Shown here piece by piece: positions 48,094 through 55,939 of a stretch of DNA of 64,000 nt (positions are counted from its first letter, which is position 1; each line of letters begins with the position of its first letter). Both the position numbers and the translations under genes were made by a program. The notes beneath the pieces were generated by a model. The model saw only the letters and a list, made by a program, of their open reading frames with translations, was not told where the DNA came from and searched no databases. This DNA is from an uncultured Anaerolineales bacterium (GTDB taxonomy: Bacteria > Chloroflexota > Anaerolineae > Anaerolineales > UBA4823): assembly GCA_937968125.1 (NCBI GenBank), contig CALBUI010000166.1, forward strand, positions 2,293-66,292, in the 5' to 3' direction.

Positions 48094-48488
48094 TAATAGT
48101 CCCTTCTGACGAAAATTTAGTTCGGCAACCACACATTATCACATAACTGTTGTGCAAGTTTCTATCATCAGCTTGCACAGTATTGTTTTAATAGTGTGTC
48201 CTTTTTCAAACCCAGGTGAACTAACCCAATGCGAACGAACAAATTGGAATTGCAACGGGCAGCTTCAATTGACAGCTACACCTTTGAGTTTAATGACCCT
48301 AACATGATAACAAATAGGAAAACCGTGCGCGACAAAGAATACCCCTCCCGGATCGGATCGAATCAGCCATACTGAAATTACACAACTTAGTTAAGTGCTC
48401 TTCCTACTTCTTCTGAAGGATGAGAGGAGAAACTCAATACATTTGTCACAGCGGGAAAAGTGACATATAATACTAATACTATATTCAT

Positions 48489-48654
48489 AATTGGGTTATA
48501 AATCTTATGTAAAACTACCCAATTCGTAACTGACATCATAGGGGGGTAGCGGGTAGTCGTATTCCCATTGAAAAACAGAAAGGAGGTTGCCTATCAGCTT
48601 ATAGAAGAAAAAGATCGCCCCCAATATCATTGTAGAAAGTGTATCCGGATACAC
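48489..48654 (+). promoter_or_regulatory. conserved upstream/leader region of the hexahaem gene (inverted repeat, TATAAA box, 16-bp palindrome)
   Basis: AATTGGGT (48489-48496) ... ACCCAATT (48517-48524) flank GTTATAAATC. GTGTATCCGGATACAC lies at 48639-48654, 14 nt before the ATG. The block is duplicated at 50230-50395. Confidence 0.5.
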
Positions 48655-48667
48655 ACAAGGAGAATGC

Positions 48668-49730
48668 TATGAAACATAAACATCTTTTGGTGGTGCTCTT
48701 GCTGCTGGTAGTCATGGCTCTGGCTGCCTGCGCAGGCTCCCAAGGCGAGCAGGGCGAGCAAGGTCCTCCCGGTCCCCAGGGTGAGCAAGGTTCCCCAGGG
48801 CCTGAAGGCCCTCCTGGACCTGAGGGTCCGGCAGGCGCCGCCGGTGCCGATGCCGAAATGGGCGACCTGACCTGCACGGAGTGCCACAACGACGGCACGG
48901 AGCTTGCTGGGAGGGCAACCGCCTGGGCTGATTCCGTGCATGGAATGGGTGAAGCTTATGTGCGTGGAACCCGTGCCAGCTGCGCTGGTTGTCACTCCGG
49001 CGGCGGCTTCAGCGCCAAGGTGGCTGCAGGTTTGAACCCGGACGAGGTTGAAGCAGGGGATCCAAACCCCACTCGCCAGGACTGCCGTGCCTGCCACCAG
49101 ATCCATGTGACTTACACAGGTGAAGACTGGGCATTGGAGACCGAAGACCCGGTGGATTTCTATGCTTTTGAAGGTGTGACCTACGATGGCGGCGATGGCA
49201 ACCTGTGCGCCAACTGCCATCAGCCAAGGCGCGGAATTGCTGAGCCAGATGCCGATGGCAATATCGAAGTCACCAGCACGCACTGGGGACCCCACCACGG
49301 TGGGCAGGGCTCCATGTTGATGGGCGTGGCTGGCTCGCCTGATGTCGAAGGCAGCCCCAGCTCGCATGCCACAATGGTGGAAGATACTTGCGTTGCCTGT
49401 CACATGGGAGAGGAATATAACCACTCCTTCGAACCTGAGGTGGAGCGCTGCCAGGAATGCCACACTGATATGGAAAGCTTCGATGACACCGGCTTGCAGA
49501 CCGAGGTCCAGGAGAAGCTGGATCAACTGGAAGCAGAGCTGCTTGCCAGGGGTTGGCTTGATGAAGAAGGTCACCCGGCGGTAACGTTCGTTCCCGCTCC
49601 AGAAGCTTACGCCCTATGGAACTGGATCTACATCGCCCACGAGGATGGCAGCCTGGGAGTCCACAACCCGGCTTACACCAGGGCATTACTCGACGCATCA
49701 CTGGAAACATTAGGGTTGGGAGGGCAGTAA
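48668..49730 (+). CDS. hexahaem c-type cytochrome lipoprotein with collagen-like Gly-X-Y stalk
   Basis: MKHKHLL signal, lipobox LAAC, 13 GXY triplets and 6 CxxCH (CTECH, CAGCH, CRACH, CANCH, CVACH, CQECH). RBS AAGGAG precedes ATG 48668. The track ORF start at 48639 lies inside the conserved leader. Confidence 0.85.
48734..48850 (+). repeat. collagen-like region, 13 uninterrupted Gly-X-Y triplets
   Basis: GSQ GEQ GEQ GPP GPQ GEQ GSP GPE GPP GPE GPA GAA GAD, starting two residues after the lipobox Cys. Confidence 0.85.
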
Positions 49731-49881
49731 AAGAGGCAATTGATTCTGGCTTTTTTGCTATATTGTAATCAGGCCAAATCTCCTCGACATCAATTTACTG
49801 GATATCGGTGGAGATGTCTCCGGGAACATGAAACCGGCAGTAACACTGTAACCAACAACACTATCATCACCCACTGAATCA

Positions 49882-49913
49882 ATAACCGGGCAATGTTAGA
49901 ACTGCCCGGTTAT
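49882..49913 (+). terminator. possible terminator downstream of the hexahaem gene
   Basis: 11-bp stem ATAACCGGGCA / TGCCCGGTTAT with an 11-nt loop, followed by TTCCATTT (a weak U-run). Confidence 0.35.
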
Positions 49914-50229
49914 TTCCATTTCACTCTTCGGAAACCGAATTCTCCTTTAATTGTACATCTCTAATACAAATCATTTTTCTTTGAACTTGTATTTTAGGAT
50001 GAATTGCTTGGAATGTTGCACCAACAAATTCAATCCTCTGCCAAAGTAATGATTGGCATTGCAATTGGTTACACCAATTTCATCCACAAGGATTGGATCT
50101 AATCAAGTACTCTCAAAACTAAAATTCAACCTGACCCAAAATCAATATTTCCTGTTTCATAGAGGATGAAAGTTACAATACATTCGTCACATCTTGAAAT
50201 GTGACGAAATTCACTAATTTAATACTCAT

Positions 50230-50395
50230 AATTGGGGTATAAATCATATGCAAAGTTACCCAATCTAGACCTGGCAGCGAATGGGGGTTGCCGGGTGCTA
50301 GCTGCTATTGTTGAAGAACAGGAAGGAGGTTGCTTATCAGTCAATAGAAGAAGGAACGCCCTACATCTTATTGTCAGAAGTGTATCCGGATACAC
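50230..50395 (+). promoter_or_regulatory. conserved upstream/leader region of the decahaem gene (paralogous to 48489-48654)
   Basis: AATTGGGG ... TACCCAAT flank GTATAAATC. GTGTATCCGGATACAC lies at 50380-50395, 15 nt before the ATG. A further upstream palindrome TCGTCACAT-CTTGAA-ATGTGACGA lies near 50184-50207. Confidence 0.5.
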
Positions 50396-50409
50396 TCAAG
50401 GAGAATGAT

Positions 50410-52608
50410 ATGAAACACAAACATCTTTTGGTTGGGCTCTTGCTGCTGGCAGCTGCCATGGCTCTGGTAGCCTGCGGCACCCCCAGCCCGACTGCAGAGG
50501 CCACACCCTGTCCCGAAGCACCGCCCTGCCCGGACTGTCCTGAGGCACCAGCTTGCCCGGACTGCCCAGAATGTCCAGAGCCGGAAGTTGCGTTGGTACC
50601 CTTCGAGGAAGAGTGGGCCAATTCCCCCCACAACGATGCGGAAGCGGAAGCTTTCACCCACTGGGATGAGGATGATCCTGCCGAGATTCCCCCCAACTGT
50701 GCCAAGTGCCACAGCACTCCGGGCTACATTGCCTTTATGGGCGCTGATGGCAGCGAGTTTGGCGTCATTGAGGGACCCGCCCCGATCGGCACCACCGTCG
50801 AGTGCGCGGCCTGCCACAATGAAGCTACCTTGGATCACGACAGCGTGGTCTTCCCCTCCGGTCTTGAATTGACCGATATGGGCGACCAGGCACGCTGCAT
50901 GGAGTGCCACCAGGGTCGTTCGTCCAAGGTGACCGTGGATGAGAACATCGCCGAAGCAGTTGGCGAGGATCTCGACACGGTTAGCGAAGACCTGGGCTTC
51001 ATCAACATCCACTACTACGCGGCCGGCGCAACCCGCTACGGAACCGAAGTGAAGGGTGGCTATGAGTATGATGGCCTGGAGTACGATCCCCGCTTTGACC
51101 ACGTCGAAGGCTACCAGTCCTGCATCAACTGCCACGACATGCACACCCTCGAGCTCAAGCTTGAAGAATGTGCAGTCTGCCATGAAGGCGTAGCCAGTGT
51201 CGAAGACGTTAAGGCGATCCGCTTCGTCGGCTCGCTGAACGACTACAACGGCAACGGCAACGTCGAAGAATCGATCATGGCTGAGATGGCTGGCCTGCAG
51301 GAACTACTCTACCAGAACATCCGGGCTTACGCCGCGGAAGTAGCTGGCTCGCCGATCGTTTATGATTCGCACGCCTATCCATACTTCTTCATCGACACCA
51401 ACGCCGATGGCGAAGCCGGTGAAGATGAAGCCAACTACGGAAACCAGTACGCTTCCTGGACCGGACGCCTGCTGCAGGCCGCGTATAACTACCAGGTCTC
51501 GCAGAAGGATCCCGGCGCATATGCCCACGGCGGCAAGTACATCATCCAGCTGCTCTACGACTCGATCGCCGATCTGAACGATCAGGTCGCCAGCCCGGTT
51601 GACATGACTCCCTTGCACCGCGAGGACCCGGGTCACTTCGCCGCATCTGGTGAACCCTGGCGCCACTGGGATGAGGATGGTGAAGTTTCGGCCAGCTGCT
51701 CCAAGTGCCACTCGGCTGAAGGTCTACCCACCTTCCTGACTACTGGTGGAGATACATATCCACAGCCGGTCGCCAGCGGCTTGAACTGCGCTTCCTGCCA
51801 CGACGATCTGACCACCTTCACCCAGTACCCCTCTGAGGAAGTTGAATTCCCCAGCGGCGCAGTGGTGACGTTTGAGGATCCCACAGCCAATCTGTGCCTC
51901 AACTGCCACCAGGGTCGCCAATCCGGGCCGGGTGTGGAGGCGCGCATCGTTTCTTCAGGTGCTGCTGATGATGAAGTATCTGCATCGCTTTCATTCAGCA
52001 ACCCGCACTACTTCGCTGCCGGAGCAACGCTGTTCGGCACCGAAGTTCAGGGCGCCTATGAGTTCACGGGCCAGTCCTACAACGGCCGCTTCATGCATGT
52101 CCAGGGTTTCCAGGCCTGCATCGAATGCCACGACACCCACGAGCTGAAGGTCAAGGTCGACCAATGCGGTACCTGCCACGGCATCTCCAGTGAAGAAGAA
52201 CTGCATGATATCCGCATGACGGATGTCGACTTCGATGGTGATGGCGACACTTCTACAGGTATCGCAGTGGAAGTGATGAACGTCAATGATGCCATCTTGG
52301 ATGCCATCTACGTCTACGCTGCTGAAGTAGCCGGTACACCGATCGTCTTCGAAAGTCACTCTTACCCCTATTGGTTCGTTGATACCAATGGTGATGGCGT
52401 GGCTGACCCAGATGAAGCTCAATATGCCAACCAATACAATGCATGGACCCCGCGCTTGCTGCGGGCGGCATACAATTACACCTGGGCTCTCAAGGATCCC
52501 GGCTCGTACGCTCACAATGGGCTGTATATGCTCCAGGTTCTCTACGACACCCTGCAGGATATCGGTGGTGATGTCTCTAGCATGACCCGCCCCGCAGTGG
52601 CCCAGTAG
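50410..52608 (+). CDS. decahaem c-type cytochrome lipoprotein (2 x pentahaem internal duplication) with N-terminal Cys-Pro hinge-like repeat
   Basis: MKHKHLL signal, lipobox LVAC, and CPEAPPCPDCPEAPACPDCPECPE. 10 CxxCH (CAKCH, CAACH, CMECH, CINCH, CAVCH, CSKCH, CASCH, CLNCH, CIECH, CGTCH). The two halves are alignable by eye. Confidence 0.85.
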   Translation: MKHKHLLVGLLLLAAAMALVACGTPSPTAEATPCPEAPPCPDCPEAPACPDCPECPEPEVALVPFEEEWANSPHNDAEAEAFTHWDEDDPAEIPPNCAKCHSTPGYIAFMGADGSEFGVIEGPAPIGTTVECAACHNEATLDHDSVVFPSGLELTDMGDQARCMECHQGRSSKVTVDENIAEAVGEDLDTVSEDLGFINIHYYAAGATRYGTEVKGGYEYDGLEYDPRFDHVEGYQSCINCHDMHTLELKLEECAVCHEGVASVEDVKAIRFVGSLNDYNGNGNVEESIMAEMAGLQELLYQNIRAYAAEVAGSPIVYDSHAYPYFFIDTNADGEAGEDEANYGNQYASWTGRLLQAAYNYQVSQKDPGAYAHGGKYIIQLLYDSIADLNDQVASPVDMTPLHREDPGHFAASGEPWRHWDEDGEVSASCSKCHSAEGLPTFLTTGGDTYPQPVASGLNCASCHDDLTTFTQYPSEEVEFPSGAVVTFEDPTANLCLNCHQGRQSGPGVEARIVSSGAADDEVSASLSFSNPHYFAAGATLFGTEVQGAYEFTGQSYNGRFMHVQGFQACIECHDTHELKVKVDQCGTCHGISSEEELHDIRMTDVDFDGDGDTSTGIAVEVMNVNDAILDAIYVYAAEVAGTPIVFESHSYPYWFVDTNGDGVADPDEAQYANQYNAWTPRLLRAAYNYTWALKDPGSYAHNGLYMLQVLYDTLQDIGGDVSSMTRPAVAQ
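50509..50586 (+). repeat. Cys-Pro-rich hinge-like segment (six CP dipeptides in 26 aa)
   Basis: CPEAPPCPDCPEAPACPDCPECPEPE, located where the paralogues carry the collagen-like stalk. Confidence 0.8.
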
Positions 52609-52643
52609 ATTTTTCTACCGAAGTTGTTCGTTAGCAAAAAAGG

Positions 52644-52676
52644 ACCAGGTGCTCACAAGAGCACCTGGTTTTTTGT
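52644..52676 (+). terminator. rho-independent terminator after the decahaem gene
   Basis: 11-bp stem ACCAGGTGCTC / GAGCACCTGGT with loop ACAA, followed by TTTTTTG. Confidence 0.75.
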
Positions 52677-52734
52677 TACCTATATCAGCTGTAGTATAGT
52701 TCCTTGTGGGCGTTTTTCGCTCGGTGGGTTTCCT

Positions 52735-53004
52735 CTTTGACTAGGCTCAAAGGGGATTTGGGATCCCCGTCTTCTCAATTCAAATTCGTCCCAACTTAAT
52801 CAAATAGGCGATCTTCCTCCAACCAGTCCGCAGGATTGCAAATCCTGCTTGAGCAAAAGATCACTGGAAGGGTTTACCCTTTGACCTGGGTTCGAAGGGA
52901 ATTTGTAATCCCCGTCCTCTCCCCATCCTATTGCACAGTAACAGGGCGAAGCATTCTCTATTCAAAGAACCTTAGAAACGAGCTACAAAGAGAATGCTTC
53001 GCCC
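52735..53004. repeat. cluster of short hairpin-forming intergenic repeats (REP-like)
   Basis: Two related about-42-bp units (52735-52776 and 52879-52921: CTTTGAC..GG.T..AAGGG.ATTTG..ATCCCCGTC.TCTC). Palindrome GCAGGATT-GCA-AATCCTGC lies at 52830-52848. 16-bp inverted repeat GGGCGAAGCATTCTCT (52944-52959) / AGAGAATGCTTCGCCC (52989-53004). Confidence 0.5.
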
Positions 53005-53021
53005 CTACAAATAACTCCTAC

Positions 53022-53050
53022 AAAAAACCGAGTTTCACCAAGAAACTCGG
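53022..53050 (-). terminator. rho-independent terminator for the minus-strand gene 53063-53992
   Basis: Stem CCGAGTTTC / GAAACTCGG. On the minus strand it is followed by TTTTTT. Confidence 0.6.
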
Positions 53051-53062
53051 TTTCTAAATTAC

Positions 53063-53992
53063 TTATTCAGTTCTCAACCGCGTCCCGCAGGAGCGGCAGA
53101 AACGGTCACCTGGTCCAGCCCGTTTTCCGCACTGGTGGCAGTAAATGGCGCTTCCCATGGCTACCTCACCTTCCTCCCGACTAGGTGCCTTGTGGTGGCG
53201 GCGCTTCGTCGGTTCTGGCTCTTGTCTGCCCATGCGCCAATACCAGAAGCCACCACCACCGATCAGTACTAATCCAAGGCCAACCAACATCCATACCCAC
53301 CACTGTCCCAGGTTGAGCAGGCTGCTGGTCCCAGGCGTGATCGTCGCGCTGGGCTGGATCTGGAAGTTCTCCACGCTCAAGGCATCGGATTCTTTCTGAT
53401 AACTCATTAAGATGTCAAAAACTGAACCTTGATCCAGCGCTCCAACATCAATTATGTTGTAGGTGAAACCATTGGAATCTTGAATTATCCTGCCCTGGGT
53501 GGGTGTCACGGTGACATCCGTTGCCCCCAGGGGGTGCTGGACCTGGAGTGTCAGCGCGTCCACCACGTAATCTCCCGGCCAGGTGAAATCAAAGCTGCGC
53601 TGCGCCCCGTCCTTTACCAGCCTGGGATCATAATACTCAAACTGGATCGCAGGTGTGGTGGCGATAAAAGATACATCCATCCAATCGCCCATCACCTGGG
53701 TATCGTAAACAACATCGGCTACCGACCGGGCATCCGGACCGACTGCGACCACTGCTGGAGCGCCAGCCTGCACCGGCATACGGAATGTGATCTCCGCAGG
53801 CAAACTCACCTCTGGTGACAGCATAGCTTTGTAAATCACCAGCATACTGGGATTGTCATATTCCGGCCAGAGATCGACGACTAAAGTTTCTAGACTGGGT
53901 GACTCTTGTGCTTTTGTTGCGGGGACAAAAATAATTAAGGTGAATAAACAAATAAAGACGATTTTCTTTACCAAGCGCCGTTCTCCATCCAT
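53063..53992 (-). CDS. hypothetical single-pass membrane protein: signal peptide, about 200-aa extracytoplasmic domain, TM, cytoplasmic zinc ribbon
   Basis: N-terminal signal, TM WWVWMLVGLGLVLIGGGGFWYW, and C-terminal YCHQCG...FCRSCG. Confidence 0.55.
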   Translation of the reverse strand: MDGERRLVKKIVFICLFTLIIFVPATKAQESPSLETLVVDLWPEYDNPSMLVIYKAMLSPEVSLPAEITFRMPVQAGAPAVVAVGPDARSVADVVYDTQVMGDWMDVSFIATTPAIQFEYYDPRLVKDGAQRSFDFTWPGDYVVDALTLQVQHPLGATDVTVTPTQGRIIQDSNGFTYNIIDVGALDQGSVFDILMSYQKESDALSVENFQIQPSATITPGTSSLLNLGQWWVWMLVGLGLVLIGGGGFWYWRMGRQEPEPTKRRHHKAPSREEGEVAMGSAIYCHQCGKRAGPGDRFCRSCGTRLRTE

Positions 53993-54094
53993 TGATTAAA
54001 TGATGCCGAATCTTACCATGCCAGAATCAACAAGATGCGATTCGTGCCCACCTACTAATATTAGATTAAGCATCTACCAGCAATGGGGATCGGA

Positions 54095-54901
54095 TTACCC
54101 GATGGCGTATCTCAGCCTTTTGGCGATTTCTCCAAATTCGACCGAATAGCGCATGCCTTCTTCTCTCGGCCGCGGTAGATCCACCGGCATATCCAGGCGG
54201 ATTTTCCCCGGGCGGGGGCTGAGCACCAGCACCCGGTCTGCCAGGAAGACTGCCTCGGGGATGGCGTGGGTGACCATGAGCACGGTTTTCCGTCTCGCTT
54301 GCCAGATGCGCAGCAGCTCGCTGCCCATCCTTTCGCGCGTCAGCGCGTCCAAGGCGCCAAATGGTTCATCCAACAGCAGGATGCGCGGATCGTACACCAA
54401 AGCCCGGGCGATTGCCACTCTTTGCTCCATGCCTCCTGACAGGTCCCTGGGTAACGAGTCTTCGAAACCCTCCAAGCCAACCAGGTTGACCAGCTCCTGC
54501 GCCTGCTGATCGGCTACTGATTTGGAGATATGCTGAAGTTCTAATGGCAGGGTGATATTTTCCCGGACCGTCCGCCAGGGCATTAAGTTCGCCTTCTGAA
54601 AGACAAACCCGATCTCACGGCGCGGCCCGGCTAAACCGCGGCCCTGGTAAATGACCTCACCCGTGGTGGGAGTCAACAATCCAGCCAACACACGCAGCAG
54701 GGTGCTTTTCCCGCTGCCAGAAGGTCCCAGGATGCAGACAAAATCTTCCGGATCCACCAAAAACGAGATGTCCTTTAAAACATGCAGTCCCTGGTCTCTA
54801 TCCGGAAAGGTCAGGCTGAGGTTATTCACCACCAGATCTGGACCGTTCCCGTGAGGTTCGGGTGCAGTTTCAAGCACCAAACTGCTATTCGATAAATTCA
54901 T
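54095..54901 (-). CDS. ABC transporter ATP-binding protein (NitT/TauT family; RibXY/ThiXYZ-type system)
   Basis: Walker A GPSGSGKST, signature LSGGMEQRV and Walker B LLLDEP. The start is set at ATG 54901 (MNLSNSS). The track ORF extension overlaps the SBP gene. Confidence 0.85.
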   Translation of the reverse strand: MNLSNSSLVLETAPEPHGNGPDLVVNNLSLTFPDRDQGLHVLKDISFLVDPEDFVCILGPSGSGKSTLLRVLAGLLTPTTGEVIYQGRGLAGPRREIGFVFQKANLMPWRTVRENITLPLELQHISKSVADQQAQELVNLVGLEGFEDSLPRDLSGGMEQRVAIARALVYDPRILLLDEPFGALDALTRERMGSELLRIWQARRKTVLMVTHAIPEAVFLADRVLVLSPRPGKIRLDMPVDLPRPREEGMRYSVEFGEIAKRLRYAIG

Positions 54902-55907
54902 TCGTATAAGCCTGTTGTAAATCAAGTGGTTGGGAAAGCAAACCCATGTCCAGCAGGATCTCCTGCATGTTCTGCCAGGCTTCAGGAGCTGTGTATCCCA
55001 ATTGCTCAGCTTTCCAAAAAGCGATCGAGGCCTCCAGAACCTGTCTCTGGATTTCCTGGTCAGCTTGTGCCAGGTTTTCGACGTACTTCTTGCTGATCTC
55101 GAAGGCTTGATCCGGATCAGCAAGCGTATCTTCCAGCCCGCGCAGGGTGGCCTGGATCATCCTTCTCACCAGGTCTGGATTTTCAGTGATCGTGGCTTCA
55201 TTCGTGATCAGCCCATTAGAGGCCAACTGGACGAAATCAGCCACCTGGATCAGGTCAATGTCATACCCCAGAGATTCCAATTGGATCGGTTCGTTGTTGG
55301 CATAAATCACTACCGCCTGCTCCTGATCGGTGGCCAGCGCCTCCACCTGGTTGAAGCCGATCGAATCCAGGGTGACGTCATCCTCTTCCAGCCCGGCCTC
55401 ATTCAACAGCGCCCGTAGACCGATGTAGTTCGCCCCGAACAATCCCGGTAGTCCAATTTGCTTTCCTTTTAAATCGGCCGGGGATTGGATGCCCAGTTCT
55501 TTCTTGGCAACCACCCCAACCGGGTAATCCTGCCACCAACCCAGGACATATACCACTGGCAGTTCCTGGGCCCGGGCTAAGAGCACCTGCTCCCCGGACA
55601 CCAGGGCGAACTGTAGGTCTTCCGCTCCAACCAGGGCCACGCCGTCCGTTTCGAAACTGTAATCAAATTCGAGTTCAATACCGTTATCCTGGTAGTATCC
55701 TTTTTCGACTGCTACGTAGAACGGTGCGTACTGCACATTGGGGATAAAACCCATCGGCAGGCGGATGTGATCAATTTCCTGCACGACAGTGGTTGGCTCG
55801 CTTTGGGCGGCGCTGCAAGCCGCAAACAAGATTACGAACACTGGAATTGCAGCCCACCTCCACAAGCGAATCGATCTTCTGTGATAAATATTATTGAAAG
55901 TCATCAT
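54885..55907 (-). CDS. ABC transporter substrate-binding protein, NMT1/THI5/SsuA-like (RibY/ThiY-type)
   Basis: Signal/lipobox (LFAACS) and a periplasmic binding fold, with the FIPNVQYAPFYVA motif typical of the NMT1/SsuA-like family. Confidence 0.8.
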   Translation of the reverse strand: MMTFNNIYHRRSIRLWRWAAIPVFVILFAACSAAQSEPTTVVQEIDHIRLPMGFIPNVQYAPFYVAVEKGYYQDNGIELEFDYSFETDGVALVGAEDLQFALVSGEQVLLARAQELPVVYVLGWWQDYPVGVVAKKELGIQSPADLKGKQIGLPGLFGANYIGLRALLNEAGLEEDDVTLDSIGFNQVEALATDQEQAVVIYANNEPIQLESLGYDIDLIQVADFVQLASNGLITNEATITENPDLVRRMIQATLRGLEDTLADPDQAFEISKKYVENLAQADQEIQRQVLEASIAFWKAEQLGYTAPEAWQNMQEILLDMGLLSQPLDLQQAYTNEFIE

Positions 55908-55939
55908 TCCAGAATGTAAGTCTCCAATCTAAAACACTT

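Noticed and set aside
48577-48605. I looked at a possible conserved micro-ORF in the shared leader: TTG-CCT-ATC-AGC-TTA-TAG here, and TTG-CTT-ATC-AGT-CAA-TAG at 50322-50339, directly after AGGAGG.
   Set aside because: The putative TTG start abuts the SD with zero spacing, and the peptide is only 5 aa. Conservation is better explained as RNA or DNA sequence conservation. I kept it only as a note under the leader finding.
48627-49574. A 315-aa minus-strand ORF lies antisense to the hexahaem gene. A similar 269-aa ORF lies at 50374-51183, and a 99-aa ORF at 48599-48898.
   Set aside because: The plus-strand frames carry signal peptides, lipoboxes, RBS and 6-10 CxxCH motifs. The antisense frames are low-complexity shadows (Ala/Gly/Arg/Pro-rich) with no RBS, typical of GC-biased third positions.
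50308-50409. The ORF track gives N-terminal extensions for the two paralogous cytochromes (start 50308 and start 48639).
   Set aside because: Both extensions read through the conserved non-coding leader. The shared MKHKHLL signal peptide begins at ATG 50410 and 48668, each preceded by AAGGAG at proper spacing.
47940-50409. I considered whether the duplicated segments around the cytochrome paralogues reflect an insertion sequence or other mobile element.
   Set aside because: I found no transposase, integrase or recombinase ORF and no terminal inverted repeats flanking the unit. The pattern fits tandem gene duplication with partial deletion.
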